Below, piece by piece: positions 28,861 through 37,033 of a DNA stretch of 64,000 bases. The notes beneath the pieces are model-generated. The model made no database searches. It worked only from the letters and a program-made list of their open reading frames with translations, and was not told the DNA's origin. The position numbers and the translations under genes are program-made. Within the stretch, counting starts at the first letter, position 1; every line of letters begins with the position of its first letter. Source of the DNA: Flavobacteriales bacterium (GTDB taxonomy: Bacteria; Bacteroidota; Bacteroidia; Flavobacteriales; Flavobacteriaceae); NCBI GenBank assembly GCA_027023475.1, contig JALVVJ010000019.1:1459-65458 (forward strand), read 5' to 3'.

Positions 28861-29589
28861 TTATTCGCGACCGCCTTTCAATTGGTCTTGCAAAGTTTGA
28901 AGTTCATCCCATTTACCGTCAGCCGCCAATTGAGCTTGCTTGGGCCAGGTATCGGGATTGTGCATCGCATAGCGCTTGCCGCCTTTTTCCACTAGCAAGT
29001 TGCGAATGTCGTCCGGGTTGGCCTTGGCCAATTTGGCAAAACTGTCAATACCCGCTTCGACCAAGATTTGCGCAATCTTGGGCCCGATGCCTTCGATTTT
29101 TTTCAAATCATCGACTTTGGCTTTGGGTTTGGCTGCGGATTTCTTGGAAGCGGCTTTGGGTTTTTCGGCCTTTACGGCTGCCGCTTTTTCGGGTTCGGCT
29201 TTTTTGGATTTAGCTTTCTTGGTTTCCGCCTTTTTGGATTCGGCCTTTTTGGCTTCCTGCTTGGCGGGTTTGAAGCCCTTGGTTACGATGTCTTCCACTT
29301 GGATTTGCGAAAACAGTTGTCGATGTCCGCGTTTTACGCGGTAACCTTTACGTCGTTTTTTCTTGAAAACGATCACTTTGTCGCCTTTCAAATGGCGCAG
29401 GATTTTGGCCTTGACGGCCGCACCCTGTATAGCCGGGGCGCCAACGTTGATTTTACCGTCGTCGGCAAGCAAAAGCACCTTGTCGAAAACCACTTCGGCG
29501 CCTTCGTCTTGCGGCAAACGATGAACATACAAACGTTGGTCTTTGCTCACTTTGAATTGTTGCCCTGCTATCTCTACAATTGCAAACAT
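28861..29589 (-). CDS. rplU: 50S ribosomal protein L21 fused to a Lys/Ala-rich linker and a C-terminal helix-hairpin-helix-like domain
   Basis: The first ~104 aa (MFAIVEIAGQQFKV...RRKGYRVKRGHRQ) are L21. They are followed by KAESKKAETKKAKSKKAEPEKAAAVKAEKPKAASKKSAAKPKAK, then DDLKKIEGIGPKIAQILVEAGI...TWPKQAQLAADGKWDEL. Confidence 0.9.
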   Translation of the reverse strand: MFAIVEIAGQQFKVSKDQRLYVHRLPQDEGAEVVFDKVLLLADDGKINVGAPAIQGAAVKAKILRHLKGDKVIVFKKKRRKGYRVKRGHRQLFSQIQVEDIVTKGFKPAKQEAKKAESKKAETKKAKSKKAEPEKAAAVKAEKPKAASKKSAAKPKAKVDDLKKIEGIGPKIAQILVEAGIDSFAKLAKANPDDIRNLLVEKGGKRYAMHNPDTWPKQAQLAADGKWDELQTLQDQLKGGRE

Positions 29590-29615
29590 ACATCTGAGGT
29601 TTTCCGATTGGCTTG

Positions 29616-29623
29616 CAAATATA
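29616..29623 (-). promoter_or_regulatory. Candidate -7 promoter box (TATATTTG) for rplU-rpmA
   Basis: Plus-strand CAAATATA, 26 nt upstream of ATG 29589. It is bracketed by a 10-bp inverted repeat, GATTGGCTTG (29606..29615) and CAAGCCAATC (29638..29647). Confidence 0.45.
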
Positions 29624-29654
29624 CAAAAATTCTTTCACAAGCCAATCCCCCGGC

Positions 29655-30626
29655 TCAGCGTATGTGCGGACATCCGTAGCGGTAAACCCGTTGACGGCAA
29701 TCGAAATTGAAGCCCAGTGTGATTTGATGAAACCCACCCTGCGAAAAGGTGTTTTGCGCCAATTGATGCGTATAAACATAGGCCAAAATAAACCGGCCCG
29801 AATAAAAACCGATAATGGGAGTAATGTCCGACAAAGGATTGGTAACCGCCGAATTTAAATAATTCCGGTAGGAAACACCATAAAAAAATGCCCCATTGGA
29901 CAAATCGTGATAAAATTTCAAGTTACCGTCCACAATCATGGCCTTGGAGTAATCCTTGTATTGCAACATCACCGATGGCTCAACATGGAAACCCATTCGC
30001 TTGCCGAAAAAGTAACCCATCGTGCCCACATAATTACGCAAGTTCACGTTTTCGAGCCCGGGCGTATAAAGCCCGCGCGGCATCAACAGTAAATTTTTCA
30101 CCGATGCCAGCAAAAAGAAATTCTCCAAATGATAGGCCAGCCCCACATCCACATTAAAATAACCCGAACTCTGCATGGTGTAGGCAATCACCGGGTCGAA
30201 ATCGTTCGGGTCAAAGGCCGACTGATCCAATTGATTCAGCACATACATGGCACTGACGCCAAACGACAATTTGTTGAGAATCTCCCTTTGACTGAGTAAA
30301 ATATGTTGCGCAAACGACATTTGAATACCCTTCTGGCTGTGATAGCCATTGCGGTCGTTGAACAAAATAACGCCAAAGCCCGAACTTTTGCCCAGATGCG
30401 AACTCAAACTAAGGGTTTGCAACATGGGAAAATCCTTGACACCACTCCATTGCATCCGTCCGGTGAGGCGCACTTTACTACACGAACTGGCACCGTTCAT
30501 GGCCGGATGTATCAAATGTAAATTATCGGTTAGATAATCATAATATATGGGAATGCCTTCTTGTGCAAACCCCATACGACCTGTTATTAGAAAAAGAATG
30601 CTTAATGTAATAAAAATTCGTTTCAT
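29655..30626 (-). CDS. PorP/SprF family type IX secretion system membrane protein
   Basis: Trimmed to ATG 30626 (MKRIFITLSILFLITGRMGFAQ). YYDYLTDNLHLIHPAMNG and RLTGRMQWSGV are typical of PorP/SprF. Confidence 0.85.
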   Translation of the reverse strand: MKRIFITLSILFLITGRMGFAQEGIPIYYDYLTDNLHLIHPAMNGASSCSKVRLTGRMQWSGVKDFPMLQTLSLSSHLGKSSGFGVILFNDRNGYHSQKGIQMSFAQHILLSQREILNKLSFGVSAMYVLNQLDQSAFDPNDFDPVIAYTMQSSGYFNVDVGLAYHLENFFLLASVKNLLLMPRGLYTPGLENVNLRNYVGTMGYFFGKRMGFHVEPSVMLQYKDYSKAMIVDGNLKFYHDLSNGAFFYGVSYRNYLNSAVTNPLSDITPIIGFYSGRFILAYVYTHQLAQNTFSQGGFHQITLGFNFDCRQRVYRYGCPHIR

Positions 30627-30675
30627 CGCGCCCCTTTTCGGTTTTAGATTTAATGCCACAAGTTATAAAAAATTT

Positions 30676-31623
30676 TTAATGGAAAAACGAATCCACAAAT
30701 TCAAACTTGTCAAACTCCTGCAAATCATCCACTCCTTCGCCCACACCAATGTATTTCACGGGCACCGAAAGCTGGTCGGAAATACCTATCACCACGCCTC
30801 CCTTAGCCGTGCCGTCCAGTTTGGTAACGGCCAAGGCCGTAATATCGGTGGCTTCCGAAAATTTTTTGGCCTGTTCATAGGCATTTTGTCCAGTTGTCCC
30901 GTCCAAAACCAGCAATATTTCGTGCGGTGCTTCGGGCAGAAGTTTTTGCATCACCCGCTTGACCTTGGCCAATTCGTTCATCAAATTCACCTTGTTGTGC
31001 AGGCGCCCTGCCGTATCGATCAACACAATGTCGGCATCATTATGCAAAGCGTGATGCAGGGTATCGTAGGCCACCGATGCCGGGTCGGAGCCGGGTTTTT
31101 GCTTGATAAGTTTGGCTCCGGTGCGTTCGGCCCAGATACCCAATTGATTGATGGCTCCGGCCCGGAAAGTATCCGCTGCACCGATAACCACTTTTTTTCC
31201 TTCATTACGGAATTTATGAGCCAATTTGCCAATGGTGGTAGTCTTCCCCACGCCGTTCACCCCCACCACCATAATTACGTAGGGTTTGGTGTTTTCGGGC
31301 GTGTATTTCTGTCGTTCCGGTTCGTTTTCGGCCAACAAAGCGGCAATTTCTTCACGCAATATCCGGTTCAGTTCCGATGTTCCCAAATATTTTTCACGTG
31401 CCACCCGTGCCTGGATGCGGTCAATGATTTTCAGCGTGGTATCCACCCCCACATCCGATGTGATAAGCACCTCTTCCAATTCGTCCAAAACATCATCGTC
31501 CACCTTCGACTTGCCGGCCACGGCTTTACCCAGTTTTTCAAAAAAGGATTGCTTGGTTTTTTCCAATCCCTTGTCCAGTTTTTCCTTTTTTTCTTTCGAA
31601 AATATGCGTTTGAACAATGCCAT
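30676..31623 (-). CDS. ftsY: Signal recognition particle receptor FtsY
   Basis: GVNGVGKTTTIGKLA, LIDTAGRLH and AVTKLDGTAKGG are the SRP-GTPase motifs. Confidence 0.95.
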   Translation of the reverse strand: MALFKRIFSKEKKEKLDKGLEKTKQSFFEKLGKAVAGKSKVDDDVLDELEEVLITSDVGVDTTLKIIDRIQARVAREKYLGTSELNRILREEIAALLAENEPERQKYTPENTKPYVIMVVGVNGVGKTTTIGKLAHKFRNEGKKVVIGAADTFRAGAINQLGIWAERTGAKLIKQKPGSDPASVAYDTLHHALHNDADIVLIDTAGRLHNKVNLMNELAKVKRVMQKLLPEAPHEILLVLDGTTGQNAYEQAKKFSEATDITALAVTKLDGTAKGGVVIGISDQLSVPVKYIGVGEGVDDLQEFDKFEFVDSFFH

Positions 31624-31669
31624 ACATTACATTTAATAAGCGAAGCGAAATTTACGAATTTTCCCGAAC

Positions 31670-31700
31670 AAAAAAACCGCATCCCGTTATGAGGATGCGG
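31670..31700 (-). terminator. Intrinsic terminator after the rpmB-rpmG-DUF4295 operon
   Basis: Minus strand reads CCGCATCC-TCATAACG-GGATGCGG (8-bp stem) followed by TTTTTTTG. Confidence 0.7.
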
Positions 31701-31736
31701 CCTGCAAATTCGTTTTCCGCCCCTAGGGGCCGGTGC

Positions 31737-31886
31737 TTATTTTTTTACATAGGTTTTGGCCTCGTCGGCATTCATAATTTTTTCTTCGAACGTGTATCCG
31801 CCCGTCTTGGGATTTTTGACAGCCCGGATAACCTTGGTCCATTTTTTGGAACCTTTCTGCAAGGTAGCAACTACTTTCTTAGCCAT
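31737..31886 (-). CDS. Small basic protein, DUF4295-like
   Basis: Absent from the ORF track (49 aa). It runs from ATG 31886 to TAA 31737 and reads MAKKVVATLQKGSKKWTKVIRAVKNPKTGGYTFEEKIMNADEAKTYVKK. From memory, a conserved small gene follows rpmG in Bacteroidota. Confidence 0.65.
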   Translation of the reverse strand: MAKKVVATLQKGSKKWTKVIRAVKNPKTGGYTFEEKIMNADEAKTYVKK

Positions 31887-31898
31887 GATGTAAAGGTT

Positions 31899-32084
31899 TT
31901 ACTTGATTTCGCGATGAATGGTATGCCGTTTCAGGATGGGATTGTACTTACGCAATTCCAAACGTCCGGGTGTGTTTTTCTTGTTCTTGGTGGTGATATA
32001 GCGCGAAGTGCCCGGAAGCCCCGTTTTCTTGTGTTCGGTGCATTCCAAAATCACTTGCACGCGATTGCCTTTTTTCTTTGCCAT
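31899..32084 (-). CDS. rpmG: 50S ribosomal protein L33
   Basis: [49 protein letters not shown] is canonical L33. Confidence 0.95.
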   Translation of the reverse strand: MAKKKGNRVQVILECTEHKKTGLPGTSRYITTKNKKNTPGRLELRKYNPILKRHTIHREIK

Positions 32085-32089
32085 CGTCC

Positions 32090-32335
32090 TTAGATTTTAC
32101 GAGTTAAATATCCTTTTTCACGCGCCTGCTCAATGGCTTTTTTCACGCCGATTTTGTCAATGAGTTTCAATCCCGCTTTGCTCACCTTCAATGTAACCCA
32201 ACGGTCTTCTTCGGGAATATAAAAACGTTTTTTGAACAAGTTTACTTTGAACTTGCGCTTGGTCAGGTTGTGAGCGTGCGACACGTGATGCCCGCTCATG
32301 GCCCGCTTACCGGTAATCTCACAAACTTGCGCCAT
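32090..32335 (-). CDS. rpmB: 50S ribosomal protein L28
   Basis: Trimmed to ATG 32335 ([29 protein letters not shown]...), a canonical L28 N-terminus. Confidence 0.95.
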   Translation of the reverse strand: MAQVCEITGKRAMSGHHVSHAHNLTKRKFKVNLFKKRFYIPEEDRWVTLKVSKAGLKLIDKIGVKKAIEQAREKGYLTRKI

Positions 32336-32439
32336 ATTGCGTCCTTTTACTTTTTTCGGACTGCAAAGTAACGATATTTTTCGGTTTTTTCCAAACCCGT
32401 TTCGTCCGGCCGGTTTTTCTCCGTTCCCAGGCCGCAAAT

Positions 32440-32925
32440 TCAATATCTGTCCACTATCAAACTCCCCCCATCCAAAGTCTCATCGCGGAAGTTTTTAAAA
32501 CCCCGGGCGCACAACATACGTATCACTTCGGCGCGCAAAACTCCGCTACCTATGCCATGGATAATCCTGAAACGCGGAATTTTATCCCTTTTCATCCGTT
32601 GCAAAAACAAACGGAGTTCGTCCAACTGACAAGACAAAATCATATCCGCAGGCAATTTCCGGCAAGCGGACAACTTTTCGGCATGTAAATCCAAAACGGG
32701 AATACCCGGATTTATCTTCGGCCCCTGCGCTCCCGGTTCATCTTTGACGCTCTTTCCCCTGATGTCCAAAGGCCCCAAGGGTACCAATTCATCCATGGCA
32801 TATACTTCGACAAAACCCTCGTCATCCTTCACCACCAATTTCCCTTCCCGGATACCAATCACCGTGCCCGTCCAGCGGCCGTCCACGGGCGAACAACGAT
32901 CATCTATTTGCCATTTGTGCTTCAT
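32440..32925 (-). CDS. Smr (MutS2-related) domain protein
   Basis: C-terminal LDLHAEKL...RIIHGIGSGVLRAEV matches the Smr pattern. The start overlaps the upstream stop (ATGA). Confidence 0.7.
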   Translation of the reverse strand: MKHKWQIDDRCSPVDGRWTGTVIGIREGKLVVKDDEGFVEVYAMDELVPLGPLDIRGKSVKDEPGAQGPKINPGIPVLDLHAEKLSACRKLPADMILSCQLDELRLFLQRMKRDKIPRFRIIHGIGSGVLRAEVIRMLCARGFKNFRDETLDGGSLIVDRY

Positions 32926-34103
32926 GCCAGTTCGTTCAAAATATCACTGATGATTTCCCAAGCATAATCCAATTCGTTCCGGCTAACGGTCAAGGGCGGC
33001 GTCAAGCGAACGGCACGCGGTTCATAAAGCAGCCAAAACAGAATCACCCCGCGTTCCAAGGCACGCCTCACCAGCAAATCGGCCCGGCGCTTGTCGGGCA
33101 ACATCAGGGCCAACATCAATCCGCGGCCGCGGATTTCACCGATAAGCGGATGCTTAAAGTTTTGGCGAATATGTTTTTCCAAGGACAAGGCCTTGTCACA
33201 TAGATGCATTTTTTGCAATTGCCTGACGGTTTCGGCCGCCACGGCCGCCACCACCGGATGGCCGCCAAAGGTGGTGATATGACTCATGGGTGGATCGGTC
33301 AATGTCCGCGAAATTTCTTTCGATGTATGAAAAGCCCCCACAGGGAATCCGCCGCCCAAGGCCTTGCCCGTAATCAAAATGTCGGGCACAATGCCGTAGT
33401 GTTCAAAGCCGAACATACGTCCGGTGCGCGCAAAGCCCGTTTGAATTTCGTCCAAAATAAGCAAAGCGCCCGTTTCGTCGCAACGCTTGCGCACCTGCCG
33501 CAAGTAATCGTTTTGCGGCTCCACAAAACCTGCACCGCCTTGGATGGTTTCCAATATGACCGCCGCCGTCCGCCGGTCGATACGGTCCAGGTCTTCGGGC
33601 CGGTTGAAACGGATAAACTCCACCCCGGGAATCAACGGCGCAAAAGGCCTTTTGCGCGGCTCGTAACCCATTACCGACAACGAGCCCTGCGTATTGCCGT
33701 GGTAACTGTGCCGGGCGGCCACCACTTTGGGCCGGCCCGTATATTTTTTTGCGGTTTTAAGGGCCGCCTCCGTGGCTTCGGTACCCGAATTCACCGGATA
33801 CATTTTGTGCAAGCGCTCCGGCAACACGGCCGCCATTTCCCGGGCCAATTCCACTTGCGGCGCTTGAACAAATTCGCCGTAAACCATCGTATGCCAATAT
33901 CGATCCATTTGCCGGCGGGCCGCTTCCATCAATGCCGGATGCCGGTGCCCCAGCGGCAAGGCCGACACCCCCGCCACCAGGTCCAAATAGGCCTTCCCCC
34001 GCCGGTCGTATAACCAACTGCCGCGGGCATAAGCCGGTTCCACCCCCAAAGGTTCCGGCCCCGTGGGAATTTGATAGCGGAAATAATCGTCTCTTAGCGA
34101 CAT
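32922..34103 (-). CDS. Class-III PLP-dependent aminotransferase (acetylornithine/ornithine aminotransferase-like)
   Basis: DEIQTGFARTG and TGKALGGGFPVGA (PLP Lys). The track start 34121 is a GTG only 3 nt after a TAGCTTTG box, so I prefer ATG 34103 (MSLRDDYF...). Confidence 0.8.
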   Translation of the reverse strand: MSLRDDYFRYQIPTGPEPLGVEPAYARGSWLYDRRGKAYLDLVAGVSALPLGHRHPALMEAARRQMDRYWHTMVYGEFVQAPQVELAREMAAVLPERLHKMYPVNSGTEATEAALKTAKKYTGRPKVVAARHSYHGNTQGSLSVMGYEPRKRPFAPLIPGVEFIRFNRPEDLDRIDRRTAAVILETIQGGAGFVEPQNDYLRQVRKRCDETGALLILDEIQTGFARTGRMFGFEHYGIVPDILITGKALGGGFPVGAFHTSKEISRTLTDPPMSHITTFGGHPVVAAVAAETVRQLQKMHLCDKALSLEKHIRQNFKHPLIGEIRGRGLMLALMLPDKRRADLLVRRALERGVILFWLLYEPRAVRLTPPLTVSRNELDYAWEIISDILNELA

Positions 34104-34123
34104 GGCTTGGTATTTCGGCACAA

Positions 34124-34131
34124 CAAAGCTA
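34124..34131 (-). promoter_or_regulatory. Candidate -7 promoter box (TAGCTTTG) for the aminotransferase operon
   Basis: Plus-strand CAAAGCTA is minus-strand TAGCTTTG, 20 nt upstream of ATG 34103 and downstream of repeat A3. Confidence 0.45.
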
Positions 34132-34154
34132 CTAATTTTCGGGCATTGGCGGTT

Positions 34155-34484
34155 CCCGGTGTTTTTTTGTTTTGGGCGCCTGCCCGCACCCGTTCACACA
34201 GCCGCAGGCCTGCACGTTGTTTGTCCTGCGACGTGTTCACGGGCCGGCCACCGGGCTGTCCGCTTAAATTCGCCTTGGCTGCTCGCTGCTTTTGCGCGGG
34301 CGCGCGTGCCACGCGCCCGCGCCCGCCCGTGCGTGGGGCTTCCTGCCGGTCGCCTCCGCAGGGCGGAAAAGCATGCTCGCCGCCTACGGCTCATAACCGC
34401 TCCCATCCCTGGCGCGTTGGCTCGGGCGGCAAGCCGCCCTCGAATCAAGAACATCGAACAGATGATTAACGATTGGCGATTTGT
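34155..34484 (-). repeat. Family-A repeat, copy A3 (core 34155..34416 plus the extended arm shared with A1)
   Basis: The reverse complement starts CGCGCCAGGGATGGGAGCGGTTATG and ends GGCGCCCAAAACAAAAAAACAC. Its variable hairpin is identical to A1 and its central hairpin is lengthened. Confidence 0.85.
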
Positions 34485-34734
34485 CCTCTCCTAGTGAAAA
34501 TATTGAAGCAGGATGTCATTTCGAAGGAGTTCCCGAAGGGAACGACTGAGAAATCTCTACACGGGCAATTCATACAAGGGGGAATTCTACGTTCCTATTG
34601 TCCAATCCGCGAAGAGATTCCTTCCCGACCTTCGGTGCGGGACAGGCTGGCGTTTTACCTTGTTGTCGCCCGGCAATATTTTGTCGGAATGACATCACTC
34701 TCCTATTGTAAACATTGATGCAAGTCTGTCATTC
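34484..34734. repeat. Family-C inverted-pair repeat, locus C3
   Basis: Left unit 34515..34564 (GTCATTTCGA...GAGAAATCTCTACACGG) and inverted right unit 34607..34693 (...GAGATTCC...GTCGGAATGAC). Flanking direct repeats are of the TCCTATTGTAAACATTGA type. Confidence 0.8.
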
Positions 34735-34861
34735 AAACGACCAACCAATAAAAATAATTTATACGCTTGAAATGCCTTCCTCCATCAATTTTAGCCATGT
34801 TCTGCCTGTTTTTCAAAAATGATTATTTTTGGACAACTAAATATCCAAAACCCAATGTAGT

Positions 34862-35431
34862 ATGGACAAACCTGAAAAAAGAAAAAAATTCCTTGACCGT
34901 AAGGAAGCGGTTAAATACATCGAAGCGGAACTTACCAAAGGCACACCGCGTAAAGATATTCTCCAACAGTTATCTCAGCAATATTACGGGAAACATTCCA
35001 TTGCCATGCTGATAGCGTCCATTCCGAATCCCGAATTAAAAAGAAAGTATAAAATCCTGAACGATATCCTGCTCGGATTACTTTTGCTCATCATCCTTAA
35101 TAAATTATGGTATAGTGTTATCTTATTATCAAATTTTTCCTTTGCCGCAGTCCCGTTTATTATTCAGCTCGTGTTTAATATCTACTTTGCTTACGAAGTA
35201 ACCAAATACAATGCCCGTATTTACAATTTGATAGGCATACTTGCGCTTGTAGGAATATGGTATCTTATTTCTAATCTTGGGGATACGGCAAACGGAGTTG
35301 CTATAATCCTCGGCGTTCTCCTCAACCTGATTATTGCCATACTGGCATTTTATCTGTCTTTAAAAATATTTCCCAATTACGGATTCTTCGGCCCCAAAAA
35401 AGATGCAAAGGGCAATATCATTTTGGAATAA
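34862..35431 (+). CDS. Hypothetical membrane protein
   Basis: 189 aa, a charged N-terminal ~60 aa followed by four hydrophobic segments. No recognised family. Confidence 0.55.
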   Translation: MDKPEKRKKFLDRKEAVKYIEAELTKGTPRKDILQQLSQQYYGKHSIAMLIASIPNPELKRKYKILNDILLGLLLLIILNKLWYSVILLSNFSFAAVPFIIQLVFNIYFAYEVTKYNARIYNLIGILALVGIWYLISNLGDTANGVAIILGVLLNLIIAILAFYLSLKIFPNYGFFGPKKDAKGNIILE

Positions 35432-35488
35432 CATCGCCAATCAAATCCCGCATTCCCAAGTCATCGGTCGCTTGAAAATAAAATAATT

Positions 35489-37033
35489 TCACTCTTCCAT
35501 TTTCCTAGTAATAAACCGCTCAATCTCCGTATCACCACTACGATTTTTTAAATGCTCATCAAATTTCCGCGCATTGATTTTGCCCAGTTCCACGCCAAAC
35601 TGGTCGAAGGCGTTGATGTTCCAAAGCACACTTTCCACAAAGGTTTTGTGTTCGAACACGGCCAACATATAACCCAAGTTTTCGGGCGTAAGTGCATCCC
35701 AAAGCCAGGTAACCGACGGGCGGTTGCCCGGAAAATGTTTGTGCGGTTCGTCGTGCCGGCGGCCGAAGGCCAAACTTTCGGCCTGGGCCAGCAGGTTGGC
35801 CAAAAGAAAACGCCGGTTTTCGAGTGCGCCGGTGGCGCTGCGCACATAACCCAGGAAAAATACCGGCACTTCTTGTGTGCCCTGATGCAGTTGCTGAAAA
35901 AAGGAATGCTGTGCATTGGTTCCGGTGTCGCCAAACACCACGGGCGATGTAGGCCCGGCCGACGGACGGCCGTCGCGTTGCACGGATTTGCCATTGCTTT
36001 CCATGATGAGTTGTTGCAGGTAGAGCGGTAAATATTGTAAGCGTTGGCGATAGGGAATGTAGGTTTCGATGCCGTAGCCGGCCAGGTTATTATATAGGAA
36101 AGTAACCGCCGCCAGCAAACGGGCCGGATTTTGCGTCAAAGGCAACCGGCGAAAATCCGCATCGGCTAACCGGGCACCGGCCAACAAACGGGCAAACACA
36201 TCGTAACCCAACGACAAAGCTATGCTTATTCCCGCCGCCGACCACAGCGAATAACGGCCACCCACAAAATCCCACATGGGGAAAATGTTGGCATGCGCGA
36301 TGCCAAAGGCCTCGGCTTTACCGGGATGGGCCGTAACGGCCACAAAATGCTTGGCAATGGCTTCGGTGCCGTATTGCCGCTTGAAATGGTTTTGCACATG
36401 GCGGGCATTCATCAAGGTTTCGGGCGTGGTAAAGGATTTGGACACCACCGCATAGAGTGTTTCTTCGGGCGGAAAACGGCGAAAAACATCCTGCAAATGC
36501 TCGTCGTCCACATTGGAAAGAAAAGCCACCGGAATACGGGCTTGTTCCTTCAAGGCCGCGGTAACGGTCAAAGGGCCCAGGTAGGAACCGCCGATGCCGA
36601 TGTTCACCACATAACGTAATGGCTTGCCGGTGATACCCGTAAGCCGGCCTTGGTACAAACGGCCGGCCAGTGTGCGGATGCGTTCGAATGTTTCACGGAT
36701 TTGCGGCCGGATGTTTTGTCCGTCCACAAAAATATCGTCATCGCTGCGCAAAGCCGTGTGCAAGGCCGGGCGCCTTTCGGTGTTGTTGACCTTGCGGCCC
36801 GAAAACAAATCTTCGATTTGCGCCTCCAAATCCAATTCCCGCAACATTTGTTCGTAGGCATCCAAAAAAGCGGGCGTCAGGTGGGTTTTGGTCAGGTCGA
36901 GCAGGAAATTCGAAGTTTCCAAAGTCAGTTGTTGGTTGCGCGCGGCATCACGGTTGAGCATTAGCAAATCGGGACTTTGTTCCCAAAGCGATTGAAGCCG
37001 GTCGAAGGCGGCGGTTTGTTTATAGTTTTTCAT
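35489..37033 (-). CDS. pgi: Glucose-6-phosphate isomerase
   Basis: Trimmed to ATG 37033 (MKNYKQTAAFDRL...). SKSFTTPETLMNA and GGRYSLWSAAG are PGI signatures. The start overlaps the upstream gene end by 14 nt. Confidence 0.9.
   Translation of the reverse strand: MKNYKQTAAFDRLQSLWEQSPDLLMLNRDAARNQQLTLETSNFLLDLTKTHLTPAFLDAYEQMLRELDLEAQIEDLFSGRKVNNTERRPALHTALRSDDDIFVDGQNIRPQIRETFERIRTLAGRLYQGRLTGITGKPLRYVVNIGIGGSYLGPLTVTAALKEQARIPVAFLSNVDDEHLQDVFRRFPPEETLYAVVSKSFTTPETLMNARHVQNHFKRQYGTEAIAKHFVAVTAHPGKAEAFGIAHANIFPMWDFVGGRYSLWSAAGISIALSLGYDVFARLLAGARLADADFRRLPLTQNPARLLAAVTFLYNNLAGYGIETYIPYRQRLQYLPLYLQQLIMESNGKSVQRDGRPSAGPTSPVVFGDTGTNAQHSFFQQLHQGTQEVPVFFLGYVRSATGALENRRFLLANLLAQAESLAFGRRHDEPHKHFPGNRPSVTWLWDALTPENLGYMLAVFEHKTFVESVLWNINAFDQFGVELGKINARKFDEHLKNRSGDTEIERFITRKMEE

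Noticed and set aside
34104-34121. Track start codons giving N-terminal extensions: GTG 34121 for the aminotransferase, and the first-listed starts at 25646 (gldJ), 37180 (pgi), 47379 (amidinotransferase), 54467 (beta-helix), 20268 (gldK), 15619 (prfA), 9137 (mce), 32443 (rpmB), 57984 (rpsO), 48993 (acyP) and 49028 (secDF).
   Set aside because: The extensions lack signal or domain features. They overlap terminators, promoter boxes or neighbouring genes. Internal ATGs give canonical family N-termini or signal peptides.
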